The notes under the pieces: generated by a model
What the model saw: only the letters and a program-made list of their open reading frames with translations
Database searches by the model: none
What the model was told of the DNA's origin: nothing
Shown here: positions 1-13,446 of the stretch, piece after piece
Position numbering within the stretch: the stretch's first letter is position 1
How the letters are laid out: each line of letters begins with the position of its first letter
Made by a program: the position numbers and the translations under genes
Assembly (NCBI GenBank): GCA_040954595.2
Contig: CM082584.2
Coordinates: 11,746,552 to 11,810,551 of the forward strand
From: Balanoglossus misakiensis
Lineage: Eukaryota > Animalia > Hemichordata
Length of the DNA stretch: 64,000 nucleotides
Direction: 5' to 3'

Positions 1-2463
1 AGGATTTGGTAGAGCAATTGGTTGATAATTTGTTCGTCTGGCATCATTTGTCATAGGGTATGAACAGTACTGGAAACATTGCTCATGAATACTCTAGAAC
101 TTCATGTACCTGTAAACTTGTTTTAATGTTGTAATTTTCCCCATTATCAGAAAGCTTCATGATGGTGAGAAATTTTCTCTGAGAGAAAAAAGATGATGAT
201 AGATGGTATCTTCACCATGGCAACAAAAACAGTGCTTCTCCCCAATCCTCCCCTTAAGGCAAGTTGTCGCCACTCAGTGAATTTTCAGACGATGAGAAAA
301 ATAGACAGTATATAAAAGGTGACAAAGGGCACAGCCATAATTCTCATGAGATGGATTGATGATTATTAGAAAGTTTTGTCTTTTCCTGACAGTTCAATTC
401 GTGATTATTTTCTAATGAGTGTTCATTTTACGAGGTGTTTATCACAGCCAGTTCTATATATCTGCTGTGCTTTGCTTTCATCACCATGGCAATCCGCACT
501 CCACACCTCTCGATGAGCTGCAAATGATGGAGACACAACAACTGCCCTTTTATTGATAGCCATATATCATGATACAAAGTTGCTGCTACGAGAGAACATC
601 TCTATATGAAGATAGATTCCCACCGTGATTCACTGTGCAGGTTAAGATATTTAGGTTTAGGTTCTATAATGTCAACTGATTACTGCAGGAATAGATGCAG
701 TTTCAGCTGCAAGTTGGGTTTCAATCAAATCTTATGTCCTTAGATAAAGCCATGTTGATGCAGTTGTATTCAAACGCCTACAATGCCAAGAATTGAAATT
801 GTGTTGTGGGAATTGACATGACAATTTTCCTGCGACATATGAAATATTAAATAGGTGTGTGGCAAAAAGGGGGAAAATTGAATTTCTAGAACTATATAGA
901 AAGAAAAAAAATTTCTAAAAGATTGCTCTAACAGATGGAGCCCTATAGGTATGTTTTGATGAAAACAAAATGTTGTTTTGTGCTCGTGTAACGACGTCAC
1001 TATTCAATAACATTGCTGTCGGCCGAGAAATTTTATAACTTTGAAGAGTCGCGACGCCTAAGGATATTTTTTGATGTTTTTCATTGATATGTTTTGAATT
1101 TGATCAGGGAAAATTAAAATGTGCTCCTGTATGTTGTCTGTATGTATGCATTTTACTCCGTACTTGGACAAACTGCCATAAATCTTCTACTAAGGAGAGA
1201 CAGAAAGGGGAAAGGTCAATCAAACGTTGACGGGGTACCTGATCCCACGTTGGTGGGGGTTCACATCATTGGACGGAATTCTCGGTCCGACGGCTGATAA
1301 ACATTATGTCTATCTCAACATCGAAACTCGAAGGCTTCCTTTTTACTGGCAACCTCGAGAAGTACTCGATGCTATCTGTCACTTAATTCTTCTTGCTGAA
1401 GACTGAAATATATCAGTTGCCTAGGAACATTGCTCTGATGGTCTCCTTTAGTAATGCTCGCAGAATGTCAAAATGTCAAAGTCTAATGAAACTCTCGTCA
1501 GATTTTTGTAGCAAATGGAGCGTTTGATCCCATCCTGTTGATTATCGAATCTCAAATTTGTATTTTTAGATAAATCGAGGGTAATAAAGTAAACACAGCA
1601 GGATGTGTGGGACGTAGTTTTTGCTGAGAAAGGTCTTGAAACATCTCCCAATACATCCAGTGATTGAGGTGATTGTACTAAGGATAATTAAGTGTAATAA
1701 CCTCTGGTGACGTGGTTGAGGTGAAATTGGGCTAATTTGATGCTCAGAAGGTCAGAGTATTGACTTTGGGGGCGTGCTTGTCCTTGGTTTTTATAGAAAG
1801 AAAATTGACGAGGTCTTTATTTCATTACCATATCCATTGTCATACCATGCAGGCGTATCTGATACAGAAATAATGTCAAAATTCAAAACTGAAATGTTAG
1901 TCTGCACTCTGTCCACTCTTTGCTGCTCTGTTTAATTTTAATCAACACAGTGTCAAAATCTGTATGTATGTATGTGTGTCCCCCAAGTGCCTGCGTTCTT
2001 TTCCCGGCCCTTCCTCAAACTCTGTGTAATTCCTCAAGAGCACAGAGGTATAATCATATATTTCATTTCCTAGCCCACTGATATCCCAGAGTCCTTTGCT
2101 TCTCACACCAATTAGTCTGTCCATAGTCGTTGTGCAGCCAGACAGACTGCCTGTGATTGTTTGTAATTATGCAAGTTGATTGAATCGAGGAAGGTGAGGT
2201 AAAAAGGTGATTGAACTTCCTCAACTGATTTATATCACCCCAGACTTGAAAACTAATTTCCTGAAAGGATTTCAGAGTTGAATGTGCCTTTGATATCAGA
2301 CAGAAGACAAATGAATCTCTGAACGTGGACGTTAGAGGGCTCTTTCCTAGTTGAAGGAAACAACGTGTAGTAATAACATAGCAACTACTGCAAAATATTG
2401 AAGCCAGTTCATGATGTAATAAACATTGTTATTAATTCCTTTCTCTTCTCCTTTTCTATGCAG

Positions 2464-3210
2464 CATACCAAACACATTATACACAGAGACTTGAAGGCAG
2501 AAAATGTTTTTTATTCTTCAAATGGACTTGTGAAAATAGGTGACTTTGGATTCAGCACCCTGTGCAAGCCAGGAGAGACGTTGAACACGTTTTGTGGTTC
2601 ACCTCCGTATGCAGCGCCAGAACTGTTCAAAGATGAGAATTACATTGGCCACTGGGTGGATTTATGGGCCATGGGAATACTTCTGTATTTCATGGTGACT
2701 GGACTCATGCCGTTTCGTGCGGAGACGGTGGCTAAACTCAAGAAGTGCATTCTGGATGGCTCCTACACGATACCTTCGTACGTCTCCGAGGACTGTCAGG
2801 CGCTCATCAAGAGTATATTAAGGCCAGTACCGTCGGATCGTTTGACACTTTCGCAAATCAAGAAATCGGCGTGGCTGGACGGACAGGAGTTCCCGCGCGC
2901 ACATTTCCAGTACAAGCTGACGCCACACTTCGACAAGTCGTCTAGCGCCGACGAACTGGAGGTGCAGAGCGCGCTGAAAGATTTAGGTATCACTGATGAA
3001 CACTTTGAGCAGACACGGGAGAAGGACTCCCGTAACAGCATCACAGGAACATATCGCATCGTCTTGCATCGCATACAGAAGAAGAATTCCGAGCCCCCGC
3101 CGCCGCCCCCGGTCTTGATACGAGACGACAAGCGTGGCAAGAAACACAGTCGGGATGGTGGTGCGAACAGAGGCAATACGAAAGCGTCAAAGTTTTGCTC
3201 CATTTTGTAA
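2464..3210 (+). CDS. NIM1K: NIM1 serine/threonine kinase (AMPK-related), last coding exon; earlier exons not identified, probably upstream of the window
   Basis: Polypyrimidine tract and CAG acceptor at 2461-2463. Translation [73 protein letters not shown] matches NIM1K as I recall it, including the CSIL terminus. TAA stop at 3208-3210. Confidence 0.95.
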   Translation, partial: HTKHIIHRDLKAENVFYSSNGLVKIGDFGFSTLCKPGETLNTFCGSPPYAAPELFKDENYIGHWVDLWAMGILLYFMVTGLMPFRAETVAKLKKCILDGSYTIPSYVSEDCQALIKSILRPVPSDRLTLSQIKKSAWLDGQEFPRAHFQYKLTPHFDKSSSADELEVQSALKDLGITDEHFEQTREKDSRNSITGTYRIVLHRIQKKNSEPPPPPPVLIRDDKRGKKHSRDGGANRGNTKASKFCSIL

Positions 3211-5413
3211 GAGTTCCGTGTGTGAAAGCTTCATTTATCGACGAACAAGATTTTCTAGGATACAAACAATGCCCAAGAACAAAACCTTGAATATGTGTAT
3301 TAAACTGTTTTGCATGATTATTACGTGAAATCTTGTTCAAGCGTCTTTCACCCGTGCCAAAGTCACTCCACCATTGCCATATTATAGCAGTGCCCAAGGT
3401 CTGACCTTTGCTTCTCATATACCTTTTCCGAATTCTGTCGTCCAGTAAAATGAACTATGTGAAAAAGGAAAGAGTGAACTTCAATCAAGAGCAAAGATGT
3501 GACAATTCTTTTTTTTTCATTCATTTGAAGTAATTGCCATTTTCTGATGAATATTCATAAGATGCAAAAACAAATCAATCATATTTAGTGATGGTCAAGG
3601 TCCTTGCATATTAATCTTGATGGGAGCTGGTCTGTTGTCAATAATTGATGAGATTTTAACAGAAAAAAACACATTGCGACAAGTTTGGACAATCAAAGAG
3701 AACAACAAAAAACTGGCAAAATCGGTCAATGCAGCCTTAATAGATGAAAGAGTAAAATGCTTTAGCTTGTGTTGATCTGGTGACTACAGTGATTTAGTAG
3801 CGATTGATTGTCACGGAAGGTGCAGCTCGAACTGTATTCAGCAGAAAGTTGAGCAAGGCGTTATGATCTGTGCAACTCATGAAATGTCTGGCAAGATACT
3901 AAGCATGATTGTGAATAATGTGTGAACAGATTTGATTTGATGTACTTTTTCGGTTCATTGTAGTTAACTTAAAAGGGGCAGCAATGTGAGCAATCTTCAG
4001 ATTATTGACACCTGATGTGGCGTTTATTAACTTTGATTAGTTCTTTCACAAAAAAGAGGTGGGACAGGAGGGGGCAAAACTGCAACTCTCAGAACAGGGT
4101 AAAAGAGTGAGTCGAAAAAGCAATCAGGTGTGTTTTAAGTTTTTTAGAAGTTCGTCAGAATAGAGTAACCAATATTGAGTATAGTGGCTTTTATTGAAAT
4201 GTTTATTGTACTTATATAATTGTACTTCATTTCTTTGGTTTTATTTCGACCTTCTCTCCCCCTTAACTGCAGTACATGGACCCAACCATGGAAGGAAGGG
4301 TTGTACCATTGTTTTAACAGGAGGGGGTCAAATGAGAAAAATGGGTGGGTGAGTGTGCAAGTAGTCACAGAGATTTGTAAATTTTATCAAATTAGATATA
4401 TTATTAATAAAAAGGAAGTTTTTAAAATGCCCTGCTAGTGTGAATGGACAAAGCTTCAAAAAGTCTTCAAAATATGAAAATTCTTGAAATACAATGTATT
4501 TCACAATGGGTATTCTCTTATCTCTGAAAATGGTCTTAATTCATTCTTTTTACATTCTGGAATATACTTTTCTTCATACTACATATCAGTTCATTTTACT
4601 TACAGGACCTAGTTCTGATGGCTGCATTTTTTTATTTAGAACATTATGTGCTTTTGATAAATCTTTATTGGACTGCGATTTTTCTTTCATTGCAAGCGCA
4701 AGAAATACCAAAAGTCACGTCGGAATGAAAAGTAATCTCAGCACGATCAACGAGACACCTGATGACCTTTTGTTGACCTTTCACTCTAACACACCCTTGA
4801 TTGATGCACTCAGAATCTTGTGCTGTACCCTCGGGGCTAGTTCTGGAAACTTTGTGAAACAGTCTACCTCATGTTTGGCATTTATTGGATGGGTGCATCA
4901 GGGAGATAGCCTGCAGTATTGCAAGAAATGGCAGGGCAGACCAAATTGAATTTAAGTACGCTTTTTGTTGCGGAAATACTCTCCATGTACACGTCACTCA
5001 CAGAGCCCACCCAAAGGGCGACCAATCAAGTCTTTGCACAAGTATCTTCTGATATCTAAGTGCTGGTTTTGAATTTTTAAAAGGGAGACAAGTTCTGGCT
5101 TTGTCATAGCTTGTTTATGATTACGTGACAGTTTCTGAAGCTATCATTCACACTTGAGAGCATGCAGAGATCTGAAACAAAAATGAAGGGAAAATAATGA
5201 AACCAAAAGTGTTGTGATTCAGAGATTTGAAATATTTTCATTGGAGGCGTAGCCAAATTGTGTTTAGAGCCCAAAATATTTGATTTCCTGATTTCCAATG
5301 TGTGCCATGTTTTTTTTAGAAAGGGAGAGAGTATAGGTGTGGTTTTTATCAATGCAGGTAGTTTGCGGCTAGCAATGTACAGTACTTTTGGCAAGGTGCA
5401 TAACATTTCATGT

Positions 5414-5457
5414 CAACAAACAAACAAACAAACAAACAAACAAACAAACAAACAAAC
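5414..5457. repeat. (AAAC)n microsatellite
   Basis: About 11 tandem AAAC units read directly. Confidence 0.95.
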
Positions 5458-6043
5458 CAAACCTGTAGGTTCCATAGACTCTGCCACCCACAATGCAATA
5501 GTGCAAAGCAGAGACTTTTCACAGTTGGTCACATGACTGCCGCACACTTGGTGGCGCTTCAACCAACTTCGTATAGATTTAATAAATGTGATATTGTCTT
5601 GTTTTGCACAATCATTCATCTTTCAATATGAACTTATGACTGTGTACAGCAATGATCTAGATTGTATTATGAAAACAAATGGCTGTAAATACTTAGTTAA
5701 CGTTGAAATAAGAGATCAAATCCCATGTAAATACACAAGAACTATTTTGTATCTCTGGTTTATCGATAATAAAGCCCGACTGAAGATAGTAAATCTTGTC
5801 TTTGTTTTTCATGCTTTCTAATTCCCACCAGCATGCCTTGGGATCAGCTGAGACAAGGGGATCGACATATCCCAGCTCACTTTATTGCTTTAGGTATCAC
5901 GCCAAAATATCCACCTTTTGCAAGCCTTGGTTTATCACACGCACTGATTGGTACGTTAAAAATCCTTGCTGTGACTGATAAAAAAGAACAATGTTTGATG
6001 AAGATTGGTTGTATGTAAAAAGAAAAGGGTTTGGGTGAAATGG

Positions 6044-6059
6044 TCAATAGGTGGCGCTA
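6044..6059 (+). promoter_or_regulatory. CTCF-like motif between NIM1K and RWDD3
   Basis: TCAATAGGTGGCGCTA resembles the CTCF core CCnnnAGRTGGCGC. Confidence 0.35.
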
Positions 6060-6169
6060 TTAATTCCTGCTGTTATGGCCGTGTATAAACCAAAAACATT
6101 TGTATTGAAAACATAATAATATAAACGGAAATAGGATAAATTTCAACCGTTAAAACAATTTAAAAGTGT

Positions 6170-7520
6170 TTTCTTTTTCCGCTTTTCAATATTTAAAAGC
6201 CTAACGACGAGTAACGTGGAACAAATCAAACTCTTGTGAGGTCTGAAAATGCAATCTGCTGTAGAGCTTTCGTGTCCTGTTTTTGCTTCTCTCAGGGCCA
6301 ACACGGCCTCGTTTAGATCATTTTGAAGGACTTTTCATGAATTGCGGTGTATAAGTATTCGTTTTTGCGATAAAAGCACAAAAAATGATCCACCGGTCGG
6401 TACAAAGATTTCCAAAATGGTAGCACGTTTGCATTCATTGTGTTTAGAGACACGAACTTTACGACCCTTTTTTGTGCTTTCTTTGTGCTCACTTGGGGTT
6501 GTCATCTTTATTATTCGGATATTAAGATGTCATGCGATTCGGCAATAAACTCCAATTCTTCCAAAACTTAAACATTTCAAGCATTTCAAGCATTAAAATC
6601 TAGTTGATCTTGTTCGCACAGACCATATAGACCCTTTGATGCTTTTGTAACCATGGCACCGCCATCAAAGGCCAAGCCTTTCGGTACTGTCGTTTAGGTA
6701 ACCAAACTCGGAGCCACATGAAATGATGACGTAGTGCCCATGATATTACTTAGTTCATATACTTGCATGAAATGTGTCATGTGCGCTAACACTTTCTCGA
6801 ATAAGTGACACGGGTTTTCCGTTCAGGCCAAGTCACGCCCGCCAAATGCAGACACATAGATGGCTGGGGCTGAAGTCGAAGCCTTGATGGCTATATACTG
6901 TTCTGAGGGCGAGTTTACATTGCAGAATGCGACAGGTAGGTTGGTGATAAGTGTGGGCGGGTCCGCCTGGCTGTCCTCGTTGCTTAACCCGCGTGTGTTG
7001 TCAAGTACGACCGTAGCACGCGCGGAGTCTAACTTCATATATTTGATGCGGTGTACTGGTCTGTTCCGACTTCCCCCAACATTTCAGTGTTTGTTTTTTC
7101 GTTTCAAAGCGATAAATTACGCACATTCGGTATTGTTTCTTTTTTTTCATCTTTCGCGTGTTGCCCTCCTACACAGTGTCTGACGCGACGCCCACACATG
7201 GCATGTCACACATCACTTCAAAATCTACCTGGAAATTCCTCGTCATTTTTTTACGGGCATGGACGGTTTTTTGAGAATAAAAGATACTCATTTCCTGTGC
7301 AACCGGAGTTTAGTTTCAAACACTTCGAAAGTGATATGTGCATCCCGCAAATGATGTCGTTCGTCTGAGAAAAGTTCAATATTTTCCTCGTTTTTCGAAG
7401 TCTAGATATTGTCGTTTGCAAAAATTGAAACCAGCATACATAGTATATGTACATTCTCGCCCACGCACTGCTGCCCACATCATAGAAACCGTATGTATTT
7501 GTCGGGACCCTAGATGTACC
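6170..7520 (+). promoter_or_regulatory. Locally CpG-enriched promoter and first-exon region of RWDD3
   Basis: CG dinucleotides are visibly more frequent here than in flanking DNA, and the region surrounds the ATG at 6860. Boundaries are approximate. Confidence 0.5.
6860..6935 (+). CDS. RWDD3: RWD domain-containing protein 3 (RSUME), coding exon 1 of 5
   Basis: MAGAEVEALMAIYCSEGEF is a typical RWD N-terminus (E.EAL.AIY). Donor ACAG|GTAGG at 6935/6936, phase 1, joins in frame to the exon at 13093. Confidence 0.85.
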
Positions 7521-7800
7521 GATACCCTTTCTTCCTCTTTTATTTTATTCAATATTTTTCTTGTTTAAGAATCAAATGTGTACATTTTTGAACTAAGGGA
7601 CATCTTTGTGTAACTATTTTTTATAAAAATATAAAATATAAAAAGTGTTTTATGATTCTATGTAATTTCTGCTGTGCAGTGTGATTTATTATTAACTAGG
7701 TTTGAAATATACAGTTAATTCTTCAGATAATTGATAAAATTTGAGCAGTGTGCAACAGTTTTGAAACTGTCCACTAGAAGACCAAATTGATAAGTGGTTA

Positions 7801-8370
7801 TGCTCATATTGGGGTGAAATTTGCATATATGTCTTTTTGAGGCAAATTTTCCAGTTTTTGGTCAAAACTCATTTTCTCTGAAACCGCTTGTCAGATTGCT
7901 CTGAAATTTACCATGCAGGTTACTAGGGATGATATAAGTCACATCAAGTCAAATTGTGCTGATATATACAGGATTGTATTTTTGGGTCAAATTTTGCCAT
8001 TTTTGGTCAAAAATGTTTCAAAAATTTTCTTCTGAGAATCTGATTGTTCCATTGCTTTGAAATTAGGTGTGCAACTTCCTGGGGATGACCTTAGTCAAGT
8101 TTTGCTCAAATTAGGGTGAAATTTGCATATATGTCTTTTTGAGGCAAATTTTCCAGTTTTTGGTCAAAAATCTTCTTCTCAGAAACTACTTGTCCCATTG
8201 CTATGAAATTTTGTATGCAATTTCTTAGGGATGACCTGAGTTGAGTTTTGCTCAAATTGGCATGAAATTTGTATTTTTGGGGCAATTTTTCCCATTTTTG
8301 GTCAAAAATCATTTTCTCTGAAACCACTTGTCAGATTGCTTTGAAATTTATGAAGGGTCCTAGGGTTGAT
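7801..8370. repeat. Degenerate tandem array, 4 units of about 150 bp (satellite-like or internal array of a non-autonomous transposon)
   Basis: Recurring core TTTTTGGTCAAAA..TTCTCWGAAAC..CTTGTC..ATTGCTWTGAAATT..TAGGGATGA. Units starting near 7801 and 8103 are near-identical over about 60 bp. Confidence 0.85.
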
Positions 8371-8379
8371 ACCCACCCA

Positions 8380-9350
8380 CTCAACATCACTTGATAGTAT
8401 GCATGAAACTCAAATCATCAGTGTTTTCATGTAGGCTTGATACTATCACCTTCATAGTCGTTCATGTTTTCACAAACATCTACAGCTTTTTTCCGTTTTT
8501 CATTTGGTCAGAAAAGGAGCCAATCAAGGTGGTACGTGGGAGTCTTGTTTGTACTCATATCCTTCAGCTTCACCATTAAACACCCCCCTTAATAACATTC
8601 CTGTGCTAGTTACCGAGGCCAATACTCCCGCCCTGCTGTTGTCAAGGTTACCAGACCTTGACTTGACTCATCACAGCTTTAACGATGAAAGAATATACTC
8701 CCACTTGCCCATCATTAAGATTAACCCAGGTGATGAATTTACAGTGGAAGTCATTAAGTTCCTGAGGAAGTTTACGATTTCAACAAGACATCAGTTTTGC
8801 TCTTTATCCTGTGGTTTGATGGTAGTATCCCTGAAGTATCAGTTACATTGCTGACAATGCAACTGATAATTTTTTTGAATATTGCATTCCAACTTCTGAT
8901 TTCACTTGGTGACCATGCTAAAATAGTGCGCCAACATGTGATCATTAAAGGGTTTAGACACATATGCAAATATTCTAGAGGTGGCATTCGTGATGAAACG
9001 CAGCCCATCTCCATTGTGGCGATAGAGGGCATACTCCCCCTGACAACCAAGGTTCTTTCAGGCATAGAAACGAATGGTATAAACTGCACACTACATAATG
9101 TGCCATGTGTCATGAAGTGTTTGCTTTTTCCTTGATGTTGTTGTGTAATATTAGATCAGTGCCAATTTCCAGCGAAAGGTTTGGGTATTATATCATTGAG
9201 GAGTATTAAGTACTAGAAAAGTTGCCCCTGAGTTGGTCGATTGCTCATTTGCATAACCCTTTCACCATCATCATGGTTTGGTCCAAATCCACTATTTCCT
9301 ATGGCAAGGTTGGACCCCTATACAAGGAAATGGGGGTGAAAGAACACCAC
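8380..9350 (-). pseudogene. Decayed protein-coding remnant of unknown family (possibly transposon- or virus-derived) in RWDD3 intron 1
   Basis: Hand translation of the minus strand gives protein-like runs broken by scattered stops and frameshifts, e.g. KNLGCQGEYALYRHNGDGLRFITNATSRIFAYVSKPFNDHMLAHYF, RKLPQELNDFHCKFITWVNLNDGQVGVYSFIVKAV and TPTYHLDWLLF*PNEKRKKAVD. Long shadow ORFs are present on the + strand. Confidence 0.4.
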
Positions 9351-12300
9351 AGGTGCTGACCGTGAAAAGGGGACAAGTGGATGATGTCCACAGAGCTGTT
9401 TGTACAAAATGTGAATCGTGCAAATTTCCAGGAAAGCCAGTGATGGGGTGGAGGCTGTTGCTAGGCTGCGGAATGTGGGTGTAAGTAATGAAGATGGACT
9501 GGAGTGGCGATCGGCAGATATGCCGGAACTTCCTGAGTAGAATTTTGTCACCTCCGCAGACGGATGGAGTTACAGATACATTAAGGCCTTAATAGCTGCT
9601 ACTTTTACCACATTTTAATCAATAAAATACTTCAATCTTCTCCTTATCCTTAGTCGACAAATGACACCCTTTTAACTCAGTATACTCCTAAATATAGATT
9701 CCAAAAATCAAGAATTAAAAGAAATGACGATACTATCAATTATACTGGTCATACATCCTTAAATGCACAATAATTAATGAAGTATTCCCCAAATCTCCTT
9801 TCCGCCCCTGGAGTTCTTGAAAACTTCCCCCAGATTAACTTTTTCCCTGGACAGTCTTGTTTATCTGAAGAAGACATTTCAGAAAAGTTTTCTTTGCGAT
9901 AGCAGAGAAATGAAAAAAAATCTTGTATGATAAGGAGTAAATTATTCATAAGAAAGACGGCCGAGTTTCTCTACGCAGTATACATGTATACTGTACACAC
10001 TGTGTTTTGATCACGGTGACGTCGGCGTGGGCGTTCACTGATGATCGTGATAAAGACAGAACCAAAATCAAAACAACCGGTGGCTGACATTTCCTTCAAA
10101 ATCACAGGAAATAACAACTCTTTTCCTTTTTTTCCCTTAATTCTCATCCGTTTGGGGATAAGGAGACCCAATCATAGAACGGCTTGAAAAACAATGCATT
10201 CAAGGTCAGAGTCTTAATATGTTGTGAAAGTCTTATCTGTTGAAAGGATGACACAACCCTTGGTCTGACAAAGTGCCCGACTTCCTGTCGTTCGGCAAAA
10301 ATAGGTCAGTTCTATTGTGAGGCAGGTGAGACGGGGACAGTCATAAGACCTTGATGGTCGCCCTCTGTTAATGTGTGTGTGGTTTGCTTTAGGGCAAGGA
10401 AGTTTGTGGTTGAGAGAGGTTATCTGAGGTCATTCTTATTTCCCGGTTTGGCTAGATGGGCTCTTCCATAACTGAGAAAGCTATGCGAGTTTGTTGATTG
10501 CTTTCCGAACAAGTAACATCAGTAGGGAAACCTTACTTTCAGTTTGTGTGGAAGAGGGACTGTGGCATTCCACAGGTCTCTCATTCAATAAAACGAGATT
10601 TTTTCCGTTTTTAAACACAGAACTGCGCATTGTCAAACACCCACAAGTCAACGGGGAATTACTCGGAGCAAATTAACGTGAAGGGGAAAATTGCTTCCAG
10701 AGAGGAGGTATACTTCAAGGCATTAGACAATTAGATAAGAATGATGAAACTTGTTTATGATAAACCCCCTCCCTGAGAGAATGAGTTTGGGTCATCAGGT
10801 AGAGAGGAGAGATGAAGATATAGTATGCCCCGGAGCGCAAGTCATCTTCTCTTCTGTCGTCCTCCTCGCCCAACGAGATACATTGCTACTGAAAAGCAAA
10901 GAGCCGTGATTGAAAAGTTCAAGGAGGCATGAGGTCTTGAGAATGTCAACTCAATAAAAAGCTGAAGGGAACCGAGTCGTGCCGAGCCCACTCATCTCAA
11001 ATGAAGTCCACTTGTGTCAAATTGGCTGCGGTTTAATTGAAGGTTTTTACGGAATCAGATGAAGGGACGGTCGTTGTCCAACCAGACTCCGCATCTTGCG
11101 GATAGGTCAGGGCGGATCATGTTGTCAGAAAAGGGCACACGAACACGGTTAGATGCGTTGTCAATTTCGTGTGGAGCTCATGTAGAAAGAAGTTTATTTC
11201 AAGACTCTGTGAAGCGTGCTTTGTGCGTACATTACATACGTTTCTTTGTGTATTAAATGCCACGTCAATTTCAGAACCTTCCACAGTCGTGCTGCTGGAA
11301 ACTCTATTTTGACCTTTAATATTTACGGATAACAATTTAACTCGGAGAATTTCTGCATCGGAATGAAGCGGGGGTGGAGGGACCACGTAACTATATCGGA
11401 TTCTTTGATGTCAGCTTTTCCCGAAAAAATCTTTAATAGCAGTGGTATTTTAGAAACATTTTTTTTTCTGGGAAATTGAGTGCCATTCAGGTGTTTTGAA
11501 GTTGTGTGATTTCAAGAAATGTAGCCAGTTTGTAGTTTATTCCAGAATTAGCGACGAGTTCCAGAACTAATTTCCACAGCACAGCTGAATAAATCACTTC
11601 AAGTTTGCATCAGGATTTATCCTCGTTGAAGATAATGATTCAAGACCGTCTGCGTAATCTGTTGGGGTATTAATTTCAGTCGACTGATTGATGCGGTGAG
11701 CCAAGCCGGCGTGCCCACAAGATAAATGTGTGTTTGTCATGATTGGAATGCCGTGATTCAGTGTATAATTTAAAGGAACACAATCACTTATAATTTACAT
11801 ATGCCCATATATGGTCAAAAGAGCAAAGCTGCGTCTTTGATTCTCGAATGACTATGCAATGGGACATTTTTTTTTCATGTGGCCACCCACTGAAAAATCT
11901 CTGATTGGCTAGATGTCAACTTTCCAATGTTGTAACTGGGGTAACTTTGCGTAGGTGCTGATGGTCTGCCTGTAAACTCAATCAAATTGCCTGCCCACAA
12001 GATGATGTGATTGAGACATGGAGGAATGGCCCGGCCGTACCTGACTGTCAAATATCTGCTTGCAGTAGAACTAATTCGTTTCTGTTTGCCTGCCGGGCAC
12101 ATCTGCACTTTGAGAAAGGTCTCTGTTTTCACGGATTGCAAACAAATTCCCCATGGCAACCGTTACTTAGCAATGGCTGCTCTGTCAGCACGATTCATCT
12201 TGCATTTCCTCCTTCCTTGTCTGTACAGTTAGTGTTGTAATGTAAAACCAAGGATTGGCTCTGTATTTCTCTCTGCAGAGACAGAAAATGGGTGTGTAGG

Positions 12301-12836
12301 AATACCATGGTTGATGATTCTGCATATTTATCTTTGCCCTATCATGTGTTTATTTCTATTTAACGTCATACAACTCTTTTGTTTTTATATGTGAAGTAAG
12401 GCCAGAAATACATGACGTACATAGTAATAAGATAGACGGCTCCAAAAGCTGCAACTGTAGAACTTCACGGAGTTTTTCCCTGACAGAATCACCACACAAG
12501 GTCAATTTTGTAATCCAAAGCAATTAATATACTCCAGGAATAGCTTTCTCCCATAATCATAAAATGTCAAGAACCCTTCACCTTTAGCGAGATGTATCAC
12601 AAAACAGGAATCGCTATAAACAGACACAATGCAATTGTATGTGTACCCGACAGTGCTATTTATATCATCACCGCTCATTAAAAACTGACACCCAGCCCTT
12701 AAATAGTAACAAGCTGAAACAGGCCTATTTTCAGCTGTCTCTCAGGTCCGTTGTTGTATCTGTTTCCCGGGTAACTCGATTATCACTTAGTTGATTCGTG
12801 ACTCGTCTTCTTCAGGATTATAACACCAAACAAATT

Positions 12837-12866
12837 ATGAATGAATGAATGAATGAATGAATGAAT
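12837..12866. repeat. (ATGA)n microsatellite
   Basis: About 7 tandem ATGA units. Confidence 0.9.
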
Positions 12867-13092
12867 AGAATCGGTATCATCAGATTTTGTGTTACATTTT
12901 CTGTAGACAGATGACATGCTTCTCGAAGAAAGGTGACAGAAAGACTGAAAAATTATTTTTAAAAAGTGCTTGTCCTTTATTACCACTTTCTATATTTTAT
13001 TATGTTTTCTGTAAACAAATAGCGTAATCAAACTGTGATTATTATGCGAAAATTTGAAGAAACAGTCAACTCATGTTTATATTTCATTTCAG

Positions 13093-13446
13093 AAACTGAA
13101 GACAAGAATGAATATTCTTTTTCCCTATGCATAACCTGTGAGAAAGCCGATACAGAGGCCAGTTATTCCGCGGGAGATGCTGGTCACTCCGACCCGAACG
13201 ACGAGGTCAAAGTTGTCCTGTCTTTTACGCTGCCGGCAGAATATCCGCAAGTCCTTCCGATTACGTCGGTCAGTTGCGAGAAACTGACACGGCAGCAGAC
13301 CCGCCAACTACGCACAGATTTGCTGGAGTATGCCCAGACGTTGCTTGACGAGTTTATGATAATGGACATGATCATGTGGGTTCGACAGAATATTTGGACG
13401 TATGTCACCCCCAATGATAGTTGGAAAGCGGAGACGCGTGCTGAAG
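13093..13446 (+). CDS. RWDD3: RWDD3 coding exon 2 (RWD domain core)
   Basis: Acceptor TTTCAG at 13092 and donor GAAG|GTAAGT. Encodes LSFTLPAEYPQVLP (RWD YPxxxP motif) and LLDEFMIMDMIMWVRQN. 354 nt, phase 1-1. Confidence 0.93.

Noticed and set aside
2398-2463. N-terminal extension of the 270-aa kinase ORF
   Set aside because: Intronic polypyrimidine tract before the CAG acceptor, not coding.
4494-4949. 151-aa ORF downstream of NIM1K
   Set aside because: No recognisable motif; AT-rich sequence that looks like 3' UTR.
8730-10780. Possible intronic C/D box snoRNAs (RTGATGA..CTGA near 8730 and 10741)
   Set aside because: Box spacing is wrong or there is no terminal stem, and no guide complementarity was identified.
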